From: Candidatus Eiseniibacteriota bacterium
GTDB lineage: Bacteria > Eisenbacteria > RBG-16-71-46 > CAVPCR01
Assembly (NCBI GenBank): GCA_963823555.1
Contig: CAWGMA010000003.1
Location: 736,001 to 800,000 of the forward strand
Reading direction: 5' to 3'
DNA length: 64,000 nucleotides
Shown: positions 43,734-52,708 of the stretch, piece by piece
Position numbering within the stretch: the first letter of the stretch is position 1
Layout of the letters: every line of letters starts with the position of its first letter
Made by a program: the position numbers and the translations under genes
The notes under the pieces: generated by a model
What the model saw: the letters and a program-made list of their open reading frames with translations, nothing else
What the model was told of the DNA's origin: nothing
The model's database searches: none

Positions 43734-45413
43734 ATGTTCTGCAACACACGCGGCCGCACCCGGACCCGGTCGCCCATGCCGTGGTCCCGTGTCGCCGCCT
43801 GCTGGTCAGGCGCGCTCATCGCACTCGCCGTTCTCCTTGCCGCGCCGGTCGCCCAATCCGCGCTCGTCCTGAACGAGCTCCAGGCATCCAACGCGACCAC
43901 GATCCCTGACGAGGGGGGAGACTTCGAGGACTGGATCGAGGTCCTGAACACCGGCCCCGGCACGGTCGTTCTGACCGGGATGTTCCTCACCGACAACCTC
44001 CTCGTGTCCACCCGCTGGCAGATTCCGGCGCTCACGCTCGCTACCGGGGAGCGCGCTCTCTTCTTCGCCGATGCGGAGATGGCCGAGGGTCCCCTCCATA
44101 CCAACTTCCGCCTGAACGATGGCGGCGAGGAGGTCGGGCTCTTCGACACACTCGCCAACGGCAACGGGCCGATCGACACCATCATCTTCGGCGAGCAGGC
44201 GACCGATCGCTCCTACGGCCGCTTCCCCGATGGCAGCGGAGCCTGGATCTACATGGCGACACCCACACCGCGGGCGGCGAACGTCGATCAGGGAAACATC
44301 CCGCCGCTCGTGACCGCCACCGATCACGAGCCCAACTCGCCGACCCCGGGCCAGCCCGTGGTCGTGACGTCGCGCATCCGCGATCTGGATGGATCTCTCA
44401 ACGAGACCCGCCTCTTCTATGACGCGGGCGGTGGTTTCGTCTCGGTTGCCCTCTTCGATGACGGCCTCCATGGCGACGGCGCGCCCGGAGACCAGATCCA
44501 CGGCGCGCAGATCACCGGCTATCCCGAGGGGACCACGGTCCGCTACTACGTGCGGGCACGCGATGAGGATCTCGAATACACCTTCGATCCGGCCGGGGCG
44601 CCCGCGACGGCGTATTCCTATATCGTCGGCTACGAGCAGCCGCCGCTGTTCGTGAACGAGTTCATGGCCTCCAACACGGCGACGATCCAGGACGAGTGGG
44701 GCGAGTTCGATGACTGGGTCGAGATCTACAACGCCGGTGCGGGACCGATCACCCTGACTGGCATGACCCTGAGCGACGATCTCGCGGTACCCAACAAGTA
44801 CACCTTCCCGGCAACTGTGCTCGGTCCCCGCGACTTCATCCTCGTCTGGTGCGACAACCAGCCGGCCCAGGGTCCCTACCATGCCCCGTTCGCGCTGTCG
44901 GCGGCTGGCGAGCAGATCGGACTCTTCGCTTCGGCCCAGACCGGCTACGCCCCGATCGATACGCTCAGCTTCGGTCCGCAAGGGCCGGATGTGTCCTACG
45001 GACGCGAGCCCGATGGCGGTGCGGTCTGGCGGCTCTACACGCGCGCGACACCGGGGCAGTCGAACCAGATTCCGATCGCGGTCGATGACGCGCCGGCGCC
45101 GACGCCTTCCGGTCTCATCCTGGCAGCACCCGAGCCCAATCCCTTCTCCCGGGAGACGAGGGTGCGCTTCACGCTGCCCGCGGCCTCGGAGGTGACGCTC
45201 GCGCTCCACGATGTGCTCGGCCGGCGCGTGGCCACCATCGAGGCCGGCCGGCTGGCGGCGGGCACGCACGGGATCGCCCTCGGTCCTGCTCTGGAGCGAG
45301 CAGGGGCCGGGATCGTCTCATCGGGTAGCACGGGTCTACCCAGCGGGGTCTATTTCCTCGTGCTCGAAGCCCAGGGCGAGCGTCGCATCCAGAAGATCCA
45401 CGTGGTGCGTTGA
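43734..45413 (+). CDS. Secreted protein with two lamin-tail domains, a choice-of-anchor-X-like domain and a T9SS/FlgD-like C-terminal domain
   Basis: Two NE.xASN...DW.E...SYGR.PDG...TP repeats; LFDDGLHGDGAPGD; PNPF...SGVYF...KIHVVR. Confidence 0.85.
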   Translation: MFCNTRGRTRTRSPMPWSRVAACWSGALIALAVLLAAPVAQSALVLNELQASNATTIPDEGGDFEDWIEVLNTGPGTVVLTGMFLTDNLLVSTRWQIPALTLATGERALFFADAEMAEGPLHTNFRLNDGGEEVGLFDTLANGNGPIDTIIFGEQATDRSYGRFPDGSGAWIYMATPTPRAANVDQGNIPPLVTATDHEPNSPTPGQPVVVTSRIRDLDGSLNETRLFYDAGGGFVSVALFDDGLHGDGAPGDQIHGAQITGYPEGTTVRYYVRARDEDLEYTFDPAGAPATAYSYIVGYEQPPLFVNEFMASNTATIQDEWGEFDDWVEIYNAGAGPITLTGMTLSDDLAVPNKYTFPATVLGPRDFILVWCDNQPAQGPYHAPFALSAAGEQIGLFASAQTGYAPIDTLSFGPQGPDVSYGREPDGGAVWRLYTRATPGQSNQIPIAVDDAPAPTPSGLILAAPEPNPFSRETRVRFTLPAASEVTLALHDVLGRRVATIEAGRLAAGTHGIALGPALERAGAGIVSSGSTGLPSGVYFLVLEAQGERRIQKIHVVR

Positions 45414-45459
45414 GATCTCGGGGCAAGATCATCCCCGTGGTGCGTGTTAAGGTCCTGCC

Positions 45460-46746
45460 ATGCTCAATGTAGCCCGAGATCCGTTCTCCCTGCCCGGGAT
45501 GTTCCTTGGCGCCGCGCTTGCGGTGGCCATCGCTGCATCCCCTGCGGCCGCGGAGCACGAGACGTTGTCGGAGATCCTCGGCCGCTGGCAACCGTACGTC
45601 GACCAGTACAAGGACGCCCCGCGCGAGGAGCGCGTCACCGAGAGCAAGAAGTTCTTCCTCACCATTCCCTGGGACAACATCGAGTACCTGTGCCTGGCGG
45701 GAAGCCCCGGCGTCGGTCCCGATTCGACCGCAGTGCTGCGCTATCTGATGACCTACCGGCTGGAGGTTGGCCCGCCACCAGTGGCGGCCATGGCTCCCCT
45801 CATTGCGAATCCGGATCATGTGATGGAGTGCCGGGTGCCGCTCATGGGGTGGGTCTTCCAGCACCGCGATGAGCTGAGTCCCGAGGATCGCCGTCTCCTG
45901 GCCGCGGCTCATCTCGCCGCCGCCGAGTTCCCGGGTGAGGAGGCAGTCGTCGACAAGTGCTATGTCGGGGCGGCGGCGCTCGTGGCCAGCGACTCCCTGA
46001 TGGGGGGAATGATGGCCTGGGGGCGCTCGGGCGATGAGCTCCTGGCCGGTCGCGCGGTGCGCATGCTCACTTCATCGGCCGACCCGCGAAGCCCCGATTC
46101 CCTCGCCGCGCTCGCTCAGGTGCTCTTCGATGAGCGTTCGCCCGCGCTCGATGTCGCGCTCGTGCAGTGTCGCGGCCGCTGCCAGGAGGCGGCCTACCCG
46201 GTCTTCATCTCCGCATTCCAGAATCCACGATCCTCCGAGCAGGAGGTGACGGCACTCGAGGCTGCCGCACGCGTGCCGCGAGTGGAGACGGCCCAGGCGA
46301 TTCTCGATCACTATGCCGACGGCGGAGTCATCGCCGACTCTACTTTCACTTCGGCGGGAGAAGCTCGGGTGCACTACTACGGCCTCTGGATCGCGACCCG
46401 CGTCGCCGAGCCCCACCTTCTTTCGTGGCTCAGGGAGGGCAACGAGCGCGCGGCCGATCTCGCCATCGAACTCCTCGATCGTTCCCTCCGCTTCGGGCCG
46501 CCGGACAAGGATCCGGAGGTCGTCGCGGCGCTCGATGCCTTCGCCGAGCGCACCCCTGCCGCCAAGGCCGAGCGCGCCCGCGCCATCCGGGCCCGGGCGC
46601 TGGATCCGCCCCAGTCGCGGAAGCGGCCGGACGGCGCATCCCCACCGGGAGTGCTGCCACCGGGCGCGGCAGCGCCCGAGGGTGCAACCGCTCCGGTGGT
46701 CCCGACTCCCGGCGACTCCGCTGGTACGCCGCGATCTCGCCCCTAG
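45460..46746 (+). CDS. Hypothetical exported, largely helical protein
   Basis: Signal-like FLGAALAVAIAASPAAA, helical composition, Pro-rich tail. No family recognised. Confidence 0.65.
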   Translation: MLNVARDPFSLPGMFLGAALAVAIAASPAAAEHETLSEILGRWQPYVDQYKDAPREERVTESKKFFLTIPWDNIEYLCLAGSPGVGPDSTAVLRYLMTYRLEVGPPPVAAMAPLIANPDHVMECRVPLMGWVFQHRDELSPEDRRLLAAAHLAAAEFPGEEAVVDKCYVGAAALVASDSLMGGMMAWGRSGDELLAGRAVRMLTSSADPRSPDSLAALAQVLFDERSPALDVALVQCRGRCQEAAYPVFISAFQNPRSSEQEVTALEAAARVPRVETAQAILDHYADGGVIADSTFTSAGEARVHYYGLWIATRVAEPHLLSWLREGNERAADLAIELLDRSLRFGPPDKDPEVVAALDAFAERTPAAKAERARAIRARALDPPQSRKRPDGASPPGVLPPGAAAPEGATAPVVPTPGDSAGTPRSRP

Positions 46747-46799
46747 GGCGTTCCGCTTCGAATTTCCAGCGTGCTCCCTGGCGGACGGGAAGAACCCGC

Positions 46800-46828
46800 T
46801 TGAGACACCCAATGGATTGTGCTACGCT
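46800..46828 (+). promoter_or_regulatory. Sigma70-type promoter for 46941..47834
   Basis: TTGAGA-17 nt-TACGCT with a TG extended -10. Confidence 0.65.
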
Positions 46829-46940
46829 ATTTTAGCTTGCGAGCGGTCTGCCTCCTTGGCAGCCGGTCGTGACGACCGATCGGTCTCAACCTTTTTCACT
46901 GGAGTGAGCGGTATAGGCACTTGATAAGGAGCATTCATCG

Positions 46941-47834
46941 ATGAATCGCCTCATTGCCTTCCTGGTCCTGGCGGCGCTCGTTTCGAGCACCGCGGCCTTC
47001 GCAACCGACACCTCACGGCTCGGCCTCGGCATTGGCTCGGCCAACAGCACTCCCCCGACGAGTGCTCCGGACGGCCCCGCCGATGTGCTGCTCGCCACGT
47101 CGACCAACGGCGGACAGTTCACCGACCTTTCGCCCTACTACCAGTCGGCCCTGCTCGCCGCTGGCGCCGCGACCGTGACCGTCATCGCCGATCCGACGAG
47201 CGGTCCCTTCCCGTTCCCCACTCCGTTCACCTCGGCGGAGTACGGCACCATCTGCGTCATCACCAATGACAACTGGTTTGGCGTCAATGGGAACGGCGAC
47301 GCTGAAGCGAACGTCTCGCTCCAGGACGAGAACCGGATCGCCGCCTACATGGATACCGGCGGCAACATGATCTTCTCGGGGCAGGACTACCTCTGGGGCC
47401 GGGGCAACGGCAATGGCTTCCCCCAGATCTACCTCGGGATCGCGAGCTACACCGATGACGTCCTGTCGAACGGCAACAACGTCAACTACACCGGCGTGGC
47501 CGGTGGTCCGCTCGCCGGGTACACTGGGGCCGTAACGGCCACGGTCGGCGGCACCCCGTGCTTCACGGCGAACGCCTTCTACACCGACGACATCGTGCCC
47601 TTCTCGGTCGGTCTCATGACCTGGGTCGGCGACGGCATCTTCAACGGCCAGGGTGGGACGACCTGGGATACCGGTCTCTACAAGACCGTGTTCACGACGG
47701 TCGAGCTCGCCTGCACCACCAACACCCAGCAGTTCAACCGTGACATCGCCGCCATCTACACCTACCTCGCGGGCCAGACCACCTCGGTCGAGCCGGCGAC
47801 GTGGGGCGCGGTGAAGGACATGTTCACGCGGTAG
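46941..47834 (+). CDS. Secreted protein with C-terminal VE-x-x-TWG-x-VK tail
   Basis: TAAGGAG RBS, Sec signal, YMDTGGNMIFSGQD segment, ends TTSVEPATWGAVKDMFTR. Confidence 0.85.
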   Translation: MNRLIAFLVLAALVSSTAAFATDTSRLGLGIGSANSTPPTSAPDGPADVLLATSTNGGQFTDLSPYYQSALLAAGAATVTVIADPTSGPFPFPTPFTSAEYGTICVITNDNWFGVNGNGDAEANVSLQDENRIAAYMDTGGNMIFSGQDYLWGRGNGNGFPQIYLGIASYTDDVLSNGNNVNYTGVAGGPLAGYTGAVTATVGGTPCFTANAFYTDDIVPFSVGLMTWVGDGIFNGQGGTTWDTGLYKTVFTTVELACTTNTQQFNRDIAAIYTYLAGQTTSVEPATWGAVKDMFTR

Positions 47835-47939
47835 GACTTCCGGACCGACGAGGGATCAGAGCACAAGCCTGACCCCCTTGTTCGCTCGCGGCGCTGAAGT
47901 GTCCGGCGCCCGAGCGGAGACTCCAGGGACGGAGACCCA

Positions 47940-47976
47940 GAGCCCCGGCGGGAGGACCCCGCCGGGGCTCGTCTTT
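47940..47976 (+). terminator. Intrinsic terminator, probably bidirectional
   Basis: 13-bp stem GAGCCCCGGCGGG/CCCGCCGGGGCTC, followed by GTCTTT. Confidence 0.8.
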
Positions 47977-47984
47977 GGGGTGGT

Positions 47985-49031
47985 TCAGGGAGATTCGGGG
48001 CCCGCCGGCCGCGGAGAACCAGGGGCCGCGCCGGGTTCGAGGGGTGGCTGCGGCTCCTCCGCGGGCAGAGGCTCCCGGGCGGGTGAGACCCCCTCGGCGG
48101 GTTGGGCCCCGGGCTCGGGCTCCGGCTCGATCTCCCTCCCGGGCGGCGCCTTGTCCAGGTCGGAGGCATCCACGCCCAGCGACCGGCGCGCTGCTTCGAG
48201 CTGCCCGGAGTCGAGCCAGCCCCGGGCCCGCATCCGGGCGAGGATGATGGCCGCCCGCTCGCGGAGGTAGGGCGAGGGGCGGGCGGGGGTGGAGCGCCGC
48301 GGCGAGGGCAGCGCGGCCGCCAGGAGCGCGGCCTTGGCCGGTGTCAGATTCTTCGCAGAAGTGTTATAATGATAGCGACTTGCGGCTTCAGCTCCGAACA
48401 CACCAGGGCCCCATTCGACGACGTTCAGATAGATCTCGAGGATGCGTTTCTTCTCGAGCGCACCTTCGAGCCGGATGGTGAGGGGAATCTCCCGGATCTT
48501 CCGCAGCAGTGAGCGCCCCGTTCCGAGGTAGAGGTTGCGGGCGAGCTGGGTCGTGATGGTGCTCGCCCCGCGCACCATCCGCCGCTCGCGCCAGCTCCGG
48601 CGGAGTGCGGCCTTGATCTCGAACGTGTCGAATCCCCGATGCTCGTAGAAGGTTGCATCCTCATGAACAACGACGGCATGGATCAGATGAGGGCTCATGG
48701 CTCCGAGACCGACCCGCTGATGGTGGAGAGGCCGCGGCGTGCGGGGGTCCGAGAGACGATCGCGCATGACGCGGGTCTCGCCCGGGAACTCCCGGGCAAG
48801 GGGCCGGATATCGTGGACGATGAGGTAGGAATCGGCGACGAGGACGAGTGGGATGCCGACGAGCACGAGGATCCCGGCCATGATCCACCATGCCGGCGGC
48901 CGGGAGAGCCACCGCCGGGTCCGGCCGCGACCGCTCCTGGTGCCACCCAGGTCGGCATCTCCGGTAACGGCGGAATCGGGGGGCCGGGCACCCGAATCGA
49001 GAGAGCTGGGAGGTCCGTCGTTCTCAGCCAT
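47985..49031 (-). CDS. mtgA: Monofunctional peptidoglycan transglycosylase (GT51)
   Basis: HEDATF, GASTITTQLARNLYL, RKIRE, YLNVVEWG; one TM segment; no transpeptidase domain. Confidence 0.88.
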   Translation of the reverse strand: MAENDGPPSSLDSGARPPDSAVTGDADLGGTRSGRGRTRRWLSRPPAWWIMAGILVLVGIPLVLVADSYLIVHDIRPLAREFPGETRVMRDRLSDPRTPRPLHHQRVGLGAMSPHLIHAVVVHEDATFYEHRGFDTFEIKAALRRSWRERRMVRGASTITTQLARNLYLGTGRSLLRKIREIPLTIRLEGALEKKRILEIYLNVVEWGPGVFGAEAASRYHYNTSAKNLTPAKAALLAAALPSPRRSTPARPSPYLRERAAIILARMRARGWLDSGQLEAARRSLGVDASDLDKAPPGREIEPEPEPGAQPAEGVSPAREPLPAEEPQPPLEPGAAPGSPRPAGPESP

Positions 49032-49815
49032 GGATCCACTGGAAGATACGCGCCGGAAGCCCGAAGAGCTCGAGCGCCGAGAGCACGAGGGCCACGAGCA
49101 GCACCCAGCGCACGAAGCGGGCGCCCCGCAGCATCGCCAGGTGGCTTCCGATCCAGCCCCCGGCCATCTGGCCCGCGGCGAGGATGAGCCCGGCCATCAG
49201 ATTGACCTGCCCGTGCGCGATGAACACGGGTAGCGCGATCGCCGTGTACGCCAGAACGAGAGTCAGCTTGAGCGCGTTCGCCCGCACGAGATCGTAACCG
49301 GCCAGGGGCACCAGGGCCCCCAGGATCAGGAAGCCGACACCAGCCTGGATGAACCCGCCGTAGAACCCGATGCCGAGAAAGGCGAACTGCAGGAGCAGGC
49401 GCCGCCTTTGCGCGCGCGTCCGCTCCTCGGGCCCCGTGCCCGGCGCAGCGGTGCGACCTTCGGGCATGAACACCGCCGGCAGCGCCAGCAGGATCACCAC
49501 CGCGAGGATCGCGCGCAGGATCGGCGACGGGACCTCCACCGCCACGCGCGCGCCGATGACGGCGCCGAGAAGCGCCGTCGGGAGGAGCGCCAGCGCGTCT
49601 CGCCACGGCATGCGCCCGCGGCCGGCAAAGTTGCCGACGGCGATCACGTTCTGCAAGAGCACGCCCACGCGGTTGGTGCCGTTGGCGACGTTGGCATCGA
49701 GACCGAGGAAGATGAGCGCGGGCAGCGTGAGGAGCGAGCCGCCGCCGGCGAGCGTGTTCACGATTCCGGCGACGAGGCCAGCAAGAATGAGCAGGACGTA
49801 ACCCTCGGTGGGCAT
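49024..49815 (-). CDS. TauE/SafE (sulfite exporter) family membrane protein
   Basis: AGIVNTLAGGGSLLTLPAL, ANGTNR, GFYGGFIQAGVG, ANALK. Confidence 0.92.
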   Translation of the reverse strand: MPTEGYVLLILAGLVAGIVNTLAGGGSLLTLPALIFLGLDANVANGTNRVGVLLQNVIAVGNFAGRGRMPWRDALALLPTALLGAVIGARVAVEVPSPILRAILAVVILLALPAVFMPEGRTAAPGTGPEERTRAQRRRLLLQFAFLGIGFYGGFIQAGVGFLILGALVPLAGYDLVRANALKLTLVLAYTAIALPVFIAHGQVNLMAGLILAAGQMAGGWIGSHLAMLRGARFVRWVLLVALVLSALELFGLPARIFQWIHG

Positions 49816-49945
49816 CGGCGGCAGTCTAGCAGAGGCGGCGCTTCACAGCCGTGTGGGCCCGGCGATCACCGGCGAGCTTGACCCCCCGCGTGAGGGCTTG
49901 CAGAATCCCGCCTCCATCGACGTACCCATGGGTCACCGAGGCGAG

Positions 49946-50872
49946 ATGGCGGAAAAGGAACGACAGAGCCCCTTCGGCCCCTACCGCCCGAAGCGTGAGG
50001 AGAGCCCGTTCGGTCCCCGGCCGCAACGCAGGCCGCCGCGCGATCCGTTTGCGCCACGGGGAGAGGAGCCGGCCCCGCCGCCGCCGAGGTCGCGGCCGCG
50101 ACCGCTCGAGCGACCGCTCGACCTCCTCGTCGAGGTGGCCCCGGGGGGCGCTGCCGCCGGTCATCTGCCCCGGCTCCCAGGGCTCTGCTTCCGCGCCGGG
50201 GACGCCGATCAGCTCGTGCGCGTGGCGCCCACCAAGGTGGCTGAGTACCTCCAGTGGCTCGCCGACGAGAACCTCTCGGATCTCACGCCGTTCGCCGCCC
50301 ATCTGACCCGGATCGTCAAGACGGGTGCCGGGGCCGAGATCCCGGTCGCCGAGCGCGAGCGGGTCCCGGGCGCGCCGCTCTGGATCTCGGGCAACCCGGC
50401 CGCTCTCTTTCGCACCGATCGCTACGCCTTGAACGACGAGGAAGTGGCGGCCCACTTCCGCTTCGTCAAGCAGGTGGTGCGGCGGATGCGTCTCATGGTG
50501 GCGGGCCTCACTCCGGGTCAACGCGCCTGGAAGCCCGCTCCCGACCGCCGCTCGCTCGACGAGACCCTCGTTCATGCCGCCGATTGCGTCTGGTGGACCT
50601 GCTCGCGGCTCGACGACGACCTCCCCGAGCCGGAGACGCTCGCCGACGAGGAACCGATCGATCGGCTGGCGCGCCTCAGCGAATTCGCCCCCGACTTTCT
50701 TCTCTCCGTTCCGCTTTCTCACCGCACGGAAATTCACGTACCAACGCGGTTTCTCACCAGCGATCCGACGGAGGCATGGACGCATGCCAAGGCCTGCAGG
50801 CGCCAGGCGGAGCATGTCTGGGAGCATCTGCAGGGGTTGCCACGGGCCGTCCAGATGGCGGCCGAGGCTTGA
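49946..50872 (+). CDS. HicB-like N-terminal domain fused to a DinB-like domain
   Basis: HLPRLPGLCFRAG...VAEYLQWL resembles HicB; RSLDETLVH...RRQAEHVWEH resembles the DinB His triad. Confidence 0.6.
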   Translation: MAEKERQSPFGPYRPKREESPFGPRPQRRPPRDPFAPRGEEPAPPPPRSRPRPLERPLDLLVEVAPGGAAAGHLPRLPGLCFRAGDADQLVRVAPTKVAEYLQWLADENLSDLTPFAAHLTRIVKTGAGAEIPVAERERVPGAPLWISGNPAALFRTDRYALNDEEVAAHFRFVKQVVRRMRLMVAGLTPGQRAWKPAPDRRSLDETLVHAADCVWWTCSRLDDDLPEPETLADEEPIDRLARLSEFAPDFLLSVPLSHRTEIHVPTRFLTSDPTEAWTHAKACRRQAEHVWEHLQGLPRAVQMAAEA

Positions 50873-50902
50873 CTGGTGCCCGCTAGCGTCAAGGAGGATC
50901 AG

Positions 50903-51295
50903 ATGTCGCTCGTCAAGGAGTTCCGGGACTTCATCGCTCGGGGCAACGTGATCGATCTGGCCGTGGCCGTCGTCATCGGAGGCGCCTTCGGGAAGGTCGT
51001 GAGCGCGATCGTCGATGACCTCGTGATGCCGCTCGTGAGCGCCCTCATCCCTGGAGGTGACTGGCGCGAGTTCACGGTGACGCCGCTCCATTTCAAGATC
51101 GGCCATCTGCTGGGATCGGCCATCGACTTCCTCATCATCGCCTTCGTGATCTGGGTCGTGGTCGTGAAGACCATGGGGTCGCTCAAGAAGGCGGAGGCGC
51201 CGGCCGCTCCGACCACCAAGGAATGTCCCGAGTGTCTGGAGACGGTGCCGATCAAGGCCCGGCGTTGCCGCGCCTGCACGGCGGTGCTCGCCTGA
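50903..51295 (+). CDS. mscL: Large-conductance mechanosensitive channel with C-terminal zinc ribbon
   Basis: KEFRDFIARGNVIDLAVAVVIGGAFGKVV; CPEC...CRAC tail; AAGGAGG RBS. Confidence 0.93.
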   Translation: MSLVKEFRDFIARGNVIDLAVAVVIGGAFGKVVSAIVDDLVMPLVSALIPGGDWREFTVTPLHFKIGHLLGSAIDFLIIAFVIWVVVVKTMGSLKKAEAPAAPTTKECPECLETVPIKARRCRACTAVLA

Positions 51296-51316
51296 TCGTG
51301 GCGGGGGTGGTGCCTC

Positions 51317-52708
51317 CTAGGCATCCCACAGGCGGCGTCGCTGCCAGCGCCCGGTGCGGAACCAGGCCCAGATCACGATCCCCCGCACCACCGAGGTGAG
51401 CGACAGCACCCAGGCGATTCCGGCAGGTCCGAGGCCGAGGGTCTCGGCGGCGAACCAGCACAGGGGCACGCGCGCCGCGGCGATCGGCAGCTCGACGAGC
51501 ATGGGGGGGAGCGTGTCGCCGGCACCGGCGAAGCCGCCGCTGAACACGATCTCGATCACCATGAAGGCCTGGCAGATGGCGATGATGCGGAGATAGGGAG
51601 CGCCCAGCTCGAGGACGGCCGGGTCGGCGCTGAAGGGGCGGATGAGGAGCCGCGGCACGAGGAGCATCGCCGCGGTGGGGATCAGCGAGATCAGGACCCC
51701 GAGCCACGCGGCGCGGTGCGCCGCCTGGCTCGCGCGCTCGGTCTGGCCGGCGCCGAGGTTCTGCCCGACGAGCGTGGCGGCCGCCGAGCCGAGCGCGTCG
51801 GACATGATGTAATCCATGGATTCCAGGCGGTTGACGATGCCGAGGACGGCGAGCGACGCCGTGCCGAAGCGCGCGGCGAGCCCCGATAGCGCCAGGTAGA
51901 CCGCGGAGAAGAGCGACCCGGTGAGGAAGCGGGGGATCCCGATCTTGATCGTGCGAAGGATCGTCGCCGGGTCGGGGCGAAGGAGCGCTCCGCGTGACAT
52001 GGGGAAGCGCTCGCCGGCGCGGCGGGCGAGCAACACGAAAAGGAGAACGGCGATCGTCCAGGAAAGAACGGTGGCCCACGCGGCTCCGGCGACGCCGTAG
52101 GCGGGGATGGGACCCACGCCGAAGATGAGGACTGGATCGATCACCGCGTTGAAGAGCGTCGAGATCCCGATCACGCGGAGCGGTCGCACCGTATCACCGG
52201 TGGCGCGCCAGATCGATTCGGCCGCCACGAGCAGGAAGAGTGCCGGAGCGCCCCCGAAGACGGTCCCGAGATACGTGGCGCCCAGCTGAGCCACGTCGGC
52301 GGGTACGCCGAGGAGGCCGAAGAGAGGCCCGGTCAGCGGGCGGATCGCGAGCGCGAAGAGGAGCCCGAGGCCGAGCGCGGCAAGCACCCCCTGGGCCGCC
52401 GCATGCGCGGCGCGCTCCCGGCGGCCCTCGCCCAGGGCGCGCGCCACCTGGGCCACGATGCCGATGCCGACAGCTTCGGCGAGCGAGGTCATGGTCCAGG
52501 TGGCGAAGATCGAGGTCACGAGCGCGGCGCTCGCCGCCGCCCCCAGCCGGCCCACCCAGAACAGGTTGATCAAGTGATAGCCGACGTGAACCGCCTCGAG
52601 GGCGAGCACCGGCCCGGCGATGCGTAGGATCGCCGGGAGGAGCGGGCCGCGGAGGAGATCGGATCTCCCCGCGCCGGGTGCGGTCACCGCCGGGTCGGGC
52701 GTGCTCAA
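51317..52708 (-). CDS. MATE family efflux transporter
   Basis: About 12 TM segments; GDTVRP, DPVLIFG...GVAGAAWAT, VGQNLGAG, GAGDT. Confidence 0.92.
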   Translation of the reverse strand: MSTPDPAVTAPGAGRSDLLRGPLLPAILRIAGPVLALEAVHVGYHLINLFWVGRLGAAASAALVTSIFATWTMTSLAEAVGIGIVAQVARALGEGRRERAAHAAAQGVLAALGLGLLFALAIRPLTGPLFGLLGVPADVAQLGATYLGTVFGGAPALFLLVAAESIWRATGDTVRPLRVIGISTLFNAVIDPVLIFGVGPIPAYGVAGAAWATVLSWTIAVLLFVLLARRAGERFPMSRGALLRPDPATILRTIKIGIPRFLTGSLFSAVYLALSGLAARFGTASLAVLGIVNRLESMDYIMSDALGSAAATLVGQNLGAGQTERASQAAHRAAWLGVLISLIPTAAMLLVPRLLIRPFSADPAVLELGAPYLRIIAICQAFMVIEIVFSGGFAGAGDTLPPMLVELPIAAARVPLCWFAAETLGLGPAGIAWVLSLTSVVRGIVIWAWFRTGRWQRRRLWDA

